A stretch of 63,798 nucleotides of DNA, counting the filler, from Folioceros fuciformis (Eukaryota): NCBI GenBank assembly GCA_049999805.1. It is 5 parts of 5 records of this genome, joined end to end, with 100 filler letters (N's around TTAATTAATTAA, not from the genome) between each part and the next. Parts side by side here need not be neighbours in the genome. Positions count along the whole stretch, not along the records: positions 22,025 to 32,580 come from JBNGIO010004603.1; positions 32,681 to 42,479 come from JBNGIO010004604.1; 3 more parts are not named here. The stretch is one strand, 5' to 3'. The position numbers and the translations under genes were made by a program. This document shows, piece after piece, positions 23,901 through 35,430 of the stretch. Numbering within the stretch: position 1 is the stretch's first letter; each line of letters begins with the position of its first letter. The notes below the pieces were generated by a model that was not told where the DNA came from, ran no database searches, and saw only the letters and a list, made by a program, of their open reading frames with translations.

Positions 23901-26393
23901 TGAAAAGAAAATTTTCTTATGATTGAGAAAGAGATGGAAAGTCCCATATACTTCAAAGTAGAGGAACAATCCCATTAAGGCCCAAAAAGAGGTATTTATG
24001 AGGGCCAAAGGCAAAAAGAGGTATTTATGTAGGTGGCACGCATGCCAAAAATCCAATCACATCATCCAAGAATGTGATCAAAGTAATTCCATAAAGCTAT
24101 CACAAGATTAAAAATACAAAAATATTAGTACCAGTTTTGGGTATGAGTTGAATAACCGATTTATATATATTTTATAGTAAAAATGTTTTAAAATATATAT
24201 GAAATAATATAATACAAGGAAAGAAAACAGTTAGACACAACAAACGAGGCCATGGCGGACTTTGGACGAAACGAAGGTTCTTTTGTGTAATACCACTGAC
24301 TGACATGAAGACTCGTGTGGGATCAAAATGCTTTCAAGCGGAAGGGGGAAGGGCGAGTAAATGCTGTAGCCGGTGGGGACTGCGGGTGCATTTATTTATC
24401 CCGCATTACGGTGGCCATCGGGTGGACGTGAGGGCATGACCCCACGCACATGGGCGCGTTCAAATTTTGAAAATTGAAGGAGCGGTTGGTTGCCTTGCCC
24501 ATCAGAATCAGGTGAAATGAGTGAGTTCGTTCGTTCGTTTGGGATCTTTTTCTAATCCCCAAAGCAAGAAAGCAAGCAAGGAAGCAGGGACTGGACCAGA
24601 AGTGAAGGAAGGAAGGAAGCGGAGAAGGGGAATGGCCAGCGTAAGGGCAAGGGCAAGGGGAGAGATAGCAGAGCAAAGGATCCGACAGGGTGTACCGGGT
24701 GTCCGCCACACCACACCACACCACACGCCACTTCATATCGCATGTGCAGGCGAGGTGGTTGCAACCGAAGCCAAACATCTCGGCACACGCAGTGACCGCC
24801 GGAAGCCCCCAGAAACTGTGAAACTCTGTTGGAAGATGCATGTGCAATTCCTGCCAAAAGCGGCCTGGCCGCGGGCAGGCCACGCCACGCCACGCCATGC
24901 CACTCCACAGCACACTACAGCCCACATCACTCCTCGGCTCCAACCTAACCTCCACAGATCGCAACCTGACCTAACCTACCCCGGGGCTCCTTCCCACGCG
25001 GCCGCGGCTCCGGCTCCGCCTCCGGCCCCGCCTCCGCCATCGCCCCCGTGGCCACCGTCCAAGTGGCGTCGCCTTGCTTGTTACTCTCTGCGTTTGAANN
25101 NNNNNNNNNNNNNNNNNNNNNNNNNNNNNNNNNNNNNNNNNNNNNNNNNNNNNNNNNNNNNNNNNNNNNNNNNNNNNNNNNNNNNNNNNNNNNNNNNNAT
25201 CGTATCCCCCGCGTGTTCGTGGCCGCTCCTGCCTCGTGACCGCCTGCAACCGGCTGCAACCGGCTCGTGCCACCCGTTCCGTTCCCGTTTCGACCTGCGC
25301 GCTGCGCGCCAAAGGGCAGACACTGGTAAGGCTAATTCCAGTCTCCTTCTCCTCCTTTTTCTCTCTCTCACTGGAATGCGTAGCCTCGCCTATTGTGCGC
25401 TCCCTCTCTCTCTGCCTCTCTCGCGAGTCGGGCGCCAGCGTGCGCAGATTTGCCCTCAGCAATTTGCCCGCGCGCGCTCTCGATTTGCCCGACACTCGGC
25501 GCCCGCGCCCAGNNNNNNNNNNNNNNNNNNNNNNNNNNNNNNNNNNNNNNNNNNNNNNNNNNNNNNNNNNNNNNNNNNNNNNNNNNNNNNNNNNNNNNNN
25601 NNNNNNNNNNNNCAACGACACACCCTGCGGCTGCGGCTGCTGCTGCTGCTGCTGCAGTCCTGTCCTGCCGTCCCATGCTGCGGGTGCGGGGGCTGCAGCT
25701 CGCTCCCTCCGTCATCGCGGACCCTGCCTGTGGCACCTCCGCTCCTCCTCATCGGGAATCGAATCCGGTTAGCTGCATGGACTTGGAGCATCTTCTGGGT
25801 CTGGATCGCAGGTAGGCAAACCATATAGGTAAGCAGGAGAAGGGAGGGGAAGGGAAGGGCAGGGCAGGGCAAGGCAAGGCAAGGGAAAGGAAGAAAAGGG
25901 AAGGGCAGGGGAGGGGAGGCAGGCGGGAGGAGAGCAGGAAGGAAGGGAGGGACGAAGAACGAAGTAAGAGGAGGAAATTTACCCATACTAGAAGGGGCTT
26001 CTTGCGCTGCTGCCTCCTCTCTTCCGACCTCTTGGATGCGCCGCTGCGTGTGTCACCGCTTGTGATGCGAGAGAACATGTTGCAGGCGAGCAGGACCTGT
26101 GCTGTTGCGTCAGCCGGTCTCTTTCATCTCTAGCTCGGAGCCGGCGACGGGATCCGCGTATTCCTGCTGCAGACGCCATGTAGTGGGCCGACGCGGGGGC
26201 CATGGAGCGCCATTTCATGCCGATGCGGGCCTAGGGCGCCTAGACCCCATCACATCGCATTTGGTCTTTGCTTTCCTTTCCACCAGGTGTTGGCAACCAA
26301 GGATTAGGGTGTGGCTGCTGCTTCTGCTGCCGCTGCTGGCGCCAGCCCGGCCGGGCCACACCCTGGTCAGGTCAGGTCAGGCCAGGCCAGGCC

Positions 26394-29300
26394 ATGGTGC
26401 GCCTACTCGGATACAGCAGCAGCACGCGGGTAGGAATAGATACGGATGATCCCGGGCCCAGGGAAATTGTGAGGGCGCCTAGCTCCAACGGCGACAGCGG
26501 ATGGCTCATCCGCTTCTTTGACTCCTCCTTCTTCTGCGAGTGGATTGCCGTCAGCTACCTCTACAAGCATGAACACTCCGGAGTTCGGGATTATCTCTGC
26601 AACAGGATGTATGCCCTGCCTCTTGCCGGCATCGAACAGTACCTCTTTCAGCTTTGCTACATGCTGTTGCATATGCCCAGCCCGTCTCTGGAGAAGTATG
26701 TCGTCGACATGTGCTCCAAGTCCCTGCGCATTTCCATCAAGGTCCATTGGTTCTTGATCGCCGAGGCGGAGGATGTCGCCGAGAGCAAGGAGATCGTTAG
26801 GTTGCAAGAACGCTGCCAGATGTCCGCCGTCATGGGGGACTGGCCGCCGCTCATCAAGCCGCAGAAGGTCGTCATCACCAGTCCTGCCAGGAGCCGCATG
26901 TTCAAGCTCCTCTCTTCCCGCCGGGTTACTCCCTTCACCAACACCGCCTCCTCCTTCTCCTCGCCCCCTTCCAAGCACTCTGCTGCTGCTGCCGCCGCCG
27001 CCGCCGCCGCCGCACCTCCTTCGCCGCAGCCTACGCCGCCAGATTCTGCGCTCCGAGATGCTGCTCCTGCCGTTGTTGCTCGCCCGGAAGACTCCGACTC
27101 CTTCATCAAGGTCTTGAAGAAGTGCATCCCGGGGCCCAAGGTTCGTGATGCCCTTTTCAAAAAATTCAGGGAGAAGGAAGAAGAGGAAGCGCCGGATCGT
27201 CCTCCCCCTCCCAAGGATGCAGACTCCGACAGCTTTCTCCGTCGCCTTCTCTTCCGTGATAAGGAGGATGATGACAGGACTGTGCGCAACGACGAGGTGC
27301 TCAACACGGATGGCTTCTTCCGAAGGTTGTTCCGCGACAAGGCGGATCCTGACGACCGGACGCCCCACCGACCTGCCGGGGACGATGACGAGAAAGAAGG
27401 ATTTTTCAAAAAGCTTTTTAAGGACAAGAACGAAGATCGCGATAGAGGGGGAGATCGATCTGAGGACGACGACAAGGATACTACCAGCTGTGACGAGGAC
27501 GACGCTGCTGATTTCAACATTTTCCGCAGATTCTTTCGCTTTCACCCTGACGACGAAGGGGACTCCGCTGTGTGCACCCCCGAGAACAGTCCTGGCCACG
27601 AGGGCTTCTTCAAGAAGCTCTTCAGAGAACGGGATAGATCGGTGGAAGGATCACTCAGTGCCAGAAAGGAAGATATTGCAAGAAAGGAGGATGCCTCGCC
27701 GCTTCCCTCCAGTTTTCTGCGTAGGCTTTTCAAGGACCGAGCAGAGGAAGATGCACTTGCCTTGTCGGAGGATTTCAAAGTTCTTACCGTCAGTCACACT
27801 TCGGATGACAAGCAGCATGACCCCTCCAGACTCGAATCTGGAAGGACTGCTCACCAAGATTTCGATTATTATCGCAAAGATGCTTCACTTCCTGTCAAGG
27901 CGGAGTTCTATGCCCCCGGTTCGGACTGGTTGGGAGGTGAAAGAAAAGATCTTGACGATGGATATGCAACGGAAACTGCCGATCATTCTGCCAAGGACGG
28001 TCATGTGACTTTTGCAAATGTGTCCCCTGACCCGGTTACGCGCAAGATTATCTTCTCACCGGATGGGTCCAGGACATCTGTAAGTGCCTGCCGCTCAAGT
28101 GTGTTCTCGTGTCGTCGTACTCTTTGGCGGCACTCATCCCTTGAGTTGTGAAGTTCGTGAGGTTTCCAGTGGTCTCATTGTTTTCTTTTCTCCTCCTCAC
28201 GCCAGGAAGGTTCGTGTGAGGCATGTGAGACCTGCTTGCTTGCGTTCTGATTGTCCTTCTCACTCCTCCACTTCCAATTTCCGTGCAGAAGTGGCCTGGC
28301 TCACCCAAGAGGAAGCTTGAGAGGCCAATTGAAAGAACATCATCCAAGCCACCTCTGCCCAAGCACTCTTCGTTTACACTTCGCAAAGGAGTGTACCATG
28401 CTACTCTTGACTTTGTCGATCACCTGTGTAACACATCCTCCCTCCTGGTTGATGTGTTTCCAGTGGAGGATCGGCGGAAAGCACTGGTTGAGGTGATTTT
28501 TTTTTTTGGCGCTAATCCACTTCATGCTTTGTTCTTGTTTTAAAATGTCTATTCTTTTTTTCGACCCTTGACAGTGTGTCTTTAGCTTGCGCCCCTGAAG
28601 TCTTGTTATATTTCTTGGATGATTATGCAGTCTATTTTGGAGCTGAATGAGCTATTAACTTCAGCTGAGAATGATGGAGGTAGGTTTTCCTTTGTTATCT
28701 TTTTCTTTTTTCATCTTTGTTATATTTTCTCTTGTGTTTGGAGGAGGTTAGTCGACTATCTTTTCGCTGATAACTGTGTTACTGTTCTGTCCCCAGGTGT
28801 GTGCTTTCCCATGGGCACTGGCCTCTCTCGTGTTGTGCACATTCCTGAGGATGAAGCTGTGTTGCTGAATTCAAGGGAAAAAGCACCTTACCTTATTTGC
28901 CTGGAGGTTCTGCGATGTGATCCTGACAGGTGGATGGTCTCCCTCAACGCGTTGTAGTTTTGTCATCTTGAGTTCAGCAGGATCTGCAGGGTTGTGAAGT
29001 GATTCTGATAGCTGGCAAGTTGCTCTTCATGGTGCAGCTCTACAAAGGCGCAGAAGGACCACAGCAACAAGGGTCCTCGGAATGGGATTCCAGTGGCAAA
29101 CGGAGATGTAAGATTACCCCGACCTCCACCATGGGCGTTCTCTGTGATCAGTCAAAACGACAGCCATCAGATAAATACAGAGCACTATCTCAGATCAGCT
29201 TCAAAGGTTATTGATTTAGCGATGGCTCAGATAGGGGAAGCAAAGTTGAAATTTGTAGATGTGAGCCTCCAAGTTGAGCCAATGAAACCCCCCAATGAAG

Positions 29301-31938
29301 AGCAGACCATGACTAGAAACTGTAGTGTAGATGACCCTGCGCGCTGTGTTTCTTCTACAGACTTCTCTGGGGCGGATCCCGCCCAGGATGTGGAATGCAG
29401 ATATTGTGATGGCAATGACCTCCTGGACAAGGAATTGAATATCACCAAGGAAAATGGTTGTCCGCATGGGAACAACGCAGGAAGAGAGAGTGTGGATATG
29501 CAAGGGGAACCAGATTGTCTCCAGATGAGAGTGTTTGATGAATGGGTGAGCGTCACCTTAACCGCTGTACCAGGATTGACTATGGATGACGTTGTAGAGG
29601 AGCAGCCTGTCAAGAGGAGAGAACATCGGCGAGTGCCTAGTACGATTGCAATTGCTGAGGTCACGGTTAGTATTTGGCTTAAAGGTTTGGTGTAACTGGT
29701 CATTGAACTCAGGAACTTTGAGTTGTAACTTTGGATGAGGATGCACATGCCTGGGTTGCTTGATGCTCCCTTTTGCTGCCTGTTGTCTGAGTGGTGACGT
29801 TGCTCTCGTTTCTATGCACAGGCTGCTGCTGCGAAGGGGGAAGCACCTGCTGGTCTCCCTGTCAAGAAGAATGGCACTGGTTCGACTGTCATAACACCTT
29901 CTAAGGTGATTGCCCTCGTGAATTGTCAATGTACTGCCTTGCTTGTCAGTGTATTTGCCTTGTATCATAATTGTATGTTGATCTCTCTAACTTGAAACTT
30001 TTTACCCTTCTCACTTGCAGGACAGTGACGGCTCCGTTTTAAAGGCAACAGATGCACTTGCTGGTGAATTGTGGGAGCATAAGAAGGAGAGGATAAGGAG
30101 GGCTTCCAAATTTGGCTCTCATCCTGAGTGGGATTTGTGCTCGGTATGCTTATTGGTCACAATATGCTGAGTTGTTTATCTAGGACAGCAAAAACTTTCA
30201 TCTTTGTGCTGTCTGGCAAGTTGTTTAAGATTGACGTGGTGTTACCTGCAGTTTATAGTTAAGAGCGGTGATGACTGCAGACAAGAGCACCTAGCTGTTC
30301 AGTTGGTGTCTCATTTCCATGGTGAGATCATTTTCAAGAAATATCTCCTGGAGCTTCTGCCACGTCAGATTTCGGAGGGCCTAATGAGGATGCTGTGCAG
30401 ATATTTTTGTGGAGGCTCAGTTGCCTTTGTGGTTGCGCCCGTACGAAGTTGTGGTCACATCTTCTCATGCTGCCCTGATTGAGACAATCCCAGATACTGT
30501 GAGTTCGTCTCCCCTCAGCATGACGACAGGCAATTTGCATGACACATCCAAGAGTTGAGATTGCTGACTGCTTGGACGTTGACTTGTTATCAGGCCTCTA
30601 TTCATGCCATTAAGAGTAGGAATCCTGGTTCTAGTCTCCGTGACTTTTTTGTAAAGAAGTACAAAGAGGGGTCACCAGCCTTACAGAGTGCTCAGGTATT
30701 GTGTCAATCCTTTTGCCCAGGACTTTGTTCGCTTTGGATGCTTCTACAGATACGATGTTTTTATCTGCTTTTGTAAAGCTTGATCGAAATCGGAAGACTC
30801 TGTCATGTCATGAACTCTGAAATTTACTCCGTCAAGAGGAGATCTTAGGTCTATCATGTCTTTGAAGCCGTATCTGTACATAATTGGCTTTGTTCGTGCA
30901 GAAAAACTTTGTGGAGAGCATGGCTGGCTATTCCATTTTGTGTTATCTTCTGCAGGTATGAGGGCATGACCTAATAGCCGCAGTCAGTCTGAGAGCTTTA
31001 GGATGTAGTTTCGTGAAATATGTGGGTTGTAGATGTTTCACATTATGTTCCATGCAGGTGAAAGACCGGCACAATGCAAACTTGTTGCTGGATGAAGAAG
31101 GGCATATCATACATATTGATTTTGGATTCATGCTGTACAACTCTCCTGGGGGTGTGAACTTTGAGAATGCGCCGTTCAAGCTGTCAAGGGAGCTCCTAGA
31201 GGTAGACTAGCAATGAAAACCAGGAGCTTGTCTGTTTTGATGATTGCTGAGGTGACAGATGTTTGCTTATACAAAAAGAAATGCTTTGAATTGAACTGTA
31301 GGTCATGGACTCTGACGCTGAAGGCACAAGCAGTCAACTTTTCACTTATTATAAGGTCTGTATTCGTGCTATGAAACCACTCCCAATATCATATTCCCTT
31401 TTAATTTCTCCTAAACCTCGGCCAGGGCAAATCTGTGTATTTGGAACAGTTTTTTTTTATGCCTGTTGTTAGCTCAGCAGGGTAAGGCTTGTGTGGTCTA
31501 TTCCTCATCCCTTGTTTCCATGCTCAGTATCTCTGCATTCAAGGCTTTTTGACATGCCGGAAGCATGCCGAGCGAATTATCCTCCTTGTTGAAATGATGC
31601 AGGTAAGGTGATAGCATTTTTGTGATATCTCTGTAGCGGCTGGTGTGTCCCATACTAATGTTTTGTTTGCAGGATTCTGGATGTCCGTGCTTTAAAGGAG
31701 GGCCAAGAACACTCCAGAATTTGAGGAAAAGGTTTCATTTGAGTCTAACAGAAGAGGTACGTCATCGTATAGAGGTTTTTCCTTAAAGTCAGTATCAGTG
31801 GACCAAGTGCCTGATCAATCTGTTCGTTCTGTGCAGCAATGTGTGTCTTTGGTTTTGTCACTTGTAAACAGCAGCCTAGATGCTTGGCGTACACGGCAGT
31901 ATGATTACTATCAACGTGTTCTTAATGGCATCTTGTAA
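26394..31938 (+). CDS. PI4Kbeta: Phosphatidylinositol 4-kinase type III beta (plant PI4Kbeta), multi-exon
   Basis: MVRLLG start; [25 protein letters not shown]; repeated (G/S)FFxxLF charged repeats; [59 protein letters not shown]; ends [12 protein letters not shown]. Confidence 0.96.
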
Positions 31939-32796
31939 CATTGTTGAAATCAAGGCGTAGATCTTTGTTTTGAGGTATCATGGTCTAGCCTCTCGCACTA
32001 GCTGGACAGAGCTGTCGGTCTAATCTCATATCTCTTCCTTCAAGGTAAGAGTTCTTTCCCAAGTACCAGGGTCTTCTTTGGAGCTTTGAATATTTATGTT
32101 CCCACAGCGAGTCGTCTCCTCCGTGTCGCTCTCACGGCTTAGGCATGAGTGCTTGTGTTTTTTTTGGGAAAAAGGATCCTTGCAAGGGATTAGGCAGTGC
32201 TGTTCTCTTTCAGTTTGCAGTGCGATTGTCAGTATATTTTGAAATAAGAGAGAAGAGAGCTTTGGTAATGTGGTTATTGAATGCTGAACTTGTGAGGTGA
32301 ATTAATTGTTGCATTTATCAGGTTCATAATGGTGGCCAAGGAAAATGGTGGCATGTTATCTGCGTGCATCTCTGTCACCTGGTTGAGCTACAACTTCGTT
32401 AGCTTGCAAGTGTGCTATTATGTAGCTATTTTTACCTGGAGCTGCCAATTGAGCTCCGGGATGTGTTAATAAGACTCCACGTTTTTTTGAGTTTGCAACA
32501 TAAGCATCGCCCATTTGGTATGATCAGTTGCCTGTGCACCTTTGTTCTCTGAAGTGAGCTGTCCAACAGGTGGGTTGCAANNNNNNNNNNNNNNNNNNNN
32601 NNNNNNNNNNNNNNNNNNNNNNNNTTAATTAATTAANNNNNNNNNNNNNNNNNNNNNNNNNNNNNNNNNNNNNNNNNNNNTCACAGCGCTTGATACAGTG
32701 CACCTGTTCACAAGCGACTAGGATGGCAAAGGTTTTGCAACAGTTGATGCACGGACCTTTGTCAGTTGTCTTCTTCGGGCAGATGCTATTTACTAT

Positions 32797-35391
32797 GTGG
32801 CATCGATGGACATGGGTACTATCATCTCCTCAAGTGGCCCAGCTGGTGCACTTGAGCTGGGGTCTAGGTTCAGTCGACATTTCTTTCTGGACCGGACACT
32901 TTGGTGGGATCACAGGCAACATAAGAACACGTTCCCACTGCCTCACTTCCAGCGGAGAGAGCCCCATGAGTCTATGTGGCTGAACAAGAGGCATGGGGCA
33001 GCTTGGGTGGATGTGCCCATGGCTGCTGCACATGGAGAAATGCCGATAGGTCCTCGTGCCCCTACATCCAACTGGATTATGTTGGATGCTCCTGATCGTG
33101 GCAGGTCTGCAGCATGTGAAATGGGCGTTTCCCCTAAGACTGTAAGCGAACTCTGTGAGCAGGGTGCCCTCGCCCAGGCTGTTGAGGCTCTGGGAGTTCT
33201 GGTGCAGAAAGGTTATCGTATCTCTCAGACTCTGTTGTATTCTGTCCTGAAGGAATGTGTGGTGCAGAAGCATCTGGTTCTAGGTCGTCGTGTCCATGCT
33301 TTGACAGTGAAAGGGTGTTATGAGTGGGACACGTTTTTGTGCAACCACATCATGCGAATGTATTCTTCTCATGGCAGATTGCAAGACGCGATGGATGTCT
33401 TTGCCGCGATTGCCAAACCGAATGCCTTCACCTGGGCTGCCGTACTGTATGCGCATGTTAAACAGGGGCAAGATAAGGAGGCCCTAGATTTGTATCATCG
33501 GATGCGTGGGACAGGTGTAAATGCAGATGCTCACTTGTTTGTGGCAGCTATCCAGGCTTGTGCAAGGGGTGCAGACTTGAAATCCGGGCAGCAGGTGCAT
33601 GCTGATTTGCTAGCCAGTGGGATTCAGCCTGATTTATTTGTTTGCAGCTGCTTGGTTGACATGTATGCAAAGTGTGGCAGCTTGGCCGAAGCTCGAAGAG
33701 TGTTTGATGGGCTTGAGGAGAAGGATGTGGTGACATGGAATGCTATGATAGCAGGGTATTCTCAGCAGGGGATGGGGGAGGAAGCGCTTCGTCTTCATGA
33801 CACCATGCAAGAAGGCACGGTTGTGTTGGATTCTGTCACATTTGCGTGTCTCTTGCAGGCATGTGCAGGTGTGGGGTCCTTGGCTTTGGAGAAGGGGAGG
33901 GAGCTCCACGCACAAATTAGGGATGGAGGACATCAAGCTAATGTGTTTGTAGGCAGCAGTTTGGTCAACATGTATGCAAAGTGTGGCAGCTTGAAAGATG
34001 CCCAGGGCGTGTTTGATGACCTGCCCCAAAAAAATGTGGTCACGTGGAATGCTATGATTGCCGGTTATTCCCAGCAGGGCATGCAGCAGGAAGTCTTTGG
34101 GCTTTATATGGCTATGCAAGAGGATGGCGTTGTTGCGCCTGATTCTGTTACATTTGTGTGCCTCTTGCAGGCATGTGCAAGCGTGGGCAAGCCAGCTCTG
34201 GAGAAGGGGAAGCAGCTTCATGCACAGATACAAAAACGAGGATTTCAAGCTGACGTGTGTGTAGCCAGTAGTTTGGTGAACATGTATGCAAAGTGCGAAA
34301 GGCTAGAAGACGCTCGGGTGGTGTTTGATGCAGTCGGAGAGAAAAATGTGGTGATGTGGACTGCCATGATTGCGGGATATTCCCAGCAGGGCAGGGGGCA
34401 GGAAGCCCTCGGTCTTTACAGGGCTATGCAAGACGAAGGCATTGTTGCACCGGATCCTGTGACATTTGTGTGCCTCCTGCAGGCATGTGCAGATGTGGCA
34501 GCTTTGCATCTGGGAAGGCAGCTTCATGCACAAATCAAGCAAGAAGGGCTTCAGGCTCATGGGCTTGTGGCTTGCAGTTTGATCAACATGTATGGGAAGT
34601 CTGGGAGCATGGTGGAGGCACAGCAGGTGTTTGAAGAGCTGCCAAAAAGAGATGATGCTGCGTGGAATGCTCTCATTGCAGGCTACGCTCGCCAAGGAGA
34701 CTGTGAAGTGGTATTCCGTTTGTTTCAGAATATGAGGGAGGATGGCGAGGAGCCAAACAGTATCACATTCCTTAGTGTGCTCACAGTATGCAGTCATGTT
34801 GGTCTAGTGAACAAGGGGCAACTGTACTTGCATGCTATGAGCGGGCAGTATGGCATCACACCCACGGCCGAGCACTACACTTGTATTGTGGATCTCCTGG
34901 GTCGTGCAGGTCAGCTGGACGAGGCACTATCTGTAATAAGGACCATGCCTGTGTCGCCTGATGCTGCAGTTTGGCACACGCTATTGGGTGCTTGTCGGAA
35001 GTGGAGCAACGTCCAGGTGGGACTCTTCGCTTTTGACGAGGCACTAAAGCTAGATAGGAAAGATGCCGCAGCACATGTCTTGATGTCAAATGTATACAGC
35101 AGTGCCCAGATGTGGGAGCAGGCACAAGAGATACAGACGAGGAGAGAAGGAATCCAAGCCTGGAAGCAGGCAGGGCAGAGCTGGTGGACAGATATGGATG
35201 GACTGGTGCATACCTTCTTGGTTGGTGATACTAAGCATCCAGAGAGTCAACGCATATTTACAAGTCTCCAACAGCTCATAACCAGATTGAACGAAGATCG
35301 ATATGTGCCAGTTTTAAACTCGACACAGGGAAACCTTATATCTGATCAAAATGAGGAGCTCGGTGTTGCCATGTTGTTGGGCGACACTTGA
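32797..35391 (+). CDS. PLS-class pentatricopeptide repeat protein (organellar RNA-editing factor type), E/E+ with truncated DYW, intronless
   Basis: Tandem P-L-S triplets (VTWNAMIAGYSQQG / DSVTFVCLLQACA / VFVGSSLVNMYAKCG); P2-L2-S2-E1-E2 (HYTCIVDLLGRAG, WHTLLGACR, HVLMSNVY); KQAGQSWW...HTFLVGD..HP; no HxE/CxxC. Confidence 0.95.
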   Translation: MASMDMGTIISSSGPAGALELGSRFSRHFFLDRTLWWDHRQHKNTFPLPHFQRREPHESMWLNKRHGAAWVDVPMAAAHGEMPIGPRAPTSNWIMLDAPDRGRSAACEMGVSPKTVSELCEQGALAQAVEALGVLVQKGYRISQTLLYSVLKECVVQKHLVLGRRVHALTVKGCYEWDTFLCNHIMRMYSSHGRLQDAMDVFAAIAKPNAFTWAAVLYAHVKQGQDKEALDLYHRMRGTGVNADAHLFVAAIQACARGADLKSGQQVHADLLASGIQPDLFVCSCLVDMYAKCGSLAEARRVFDGLEEKDVVTWNAMIAGYSQQGMGEEALRLHDTMQEGTVVLDSVTFACLLQACAGVGSLALEKGRELHAQIRDGGHQANVFVGSSLVNMYAKCGSLKDAQGVFDDLPQKNVVTWNAMIAGYSQQGMQQEVFGLYMAMQEDGVVAPDSVTFVCLLQACASVGKPALEKGKQLHAQIQKRGFQADVCVASSLVNMYAKCERLEDARVVFDAVGEKNVVMWTAMIAGYSQQGRGQEALGLYRAMQDEGIVAPDPVTFVCLLQACADVAALHLGRQLHAQIKQEGLQAHGLVACSLINMYGKSGSMVEAQQVFEELPKRDDAAWNALIAGYARQGDCEVVFRLFQNMREDGEEPNSITFLSVLTVCSHVGLVNKGQLYLHAMSGQYGITPTAEHYTCIVDLLGRAGQLDEALSVIRTMPVSPDAAVWHTLLGACRKWSNVQVGLFAFDEALKLDRKDAAAHVLMSNVYSSAQMWEQAQEIQTRREGIQAWKQAGQSWWTDMDGLVHTFLVGDTKHPESQRIFTSLQQLITRLNEDRYVPVLNSTQGNLISDQNEELGVAMLLGDT

Positions 35392-35430
35392 AAGCAGAAC
35401 TGATCAAGCCCATGCTTCGTGTACCTTAAG

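Noticed and set aside
24521-25828. 435-aa ORF upstream of PI4K
   Set aside because: Spans N gaps and low-complexity GC-rich promoter/UTR sequence; no protein-like features.
26403-27599. Long antisense ORFs (398 aa here; 3337-4404; 56835-57239)
   Set aside because: Shadow frames of GC-rich coding exons on the opposite strand.
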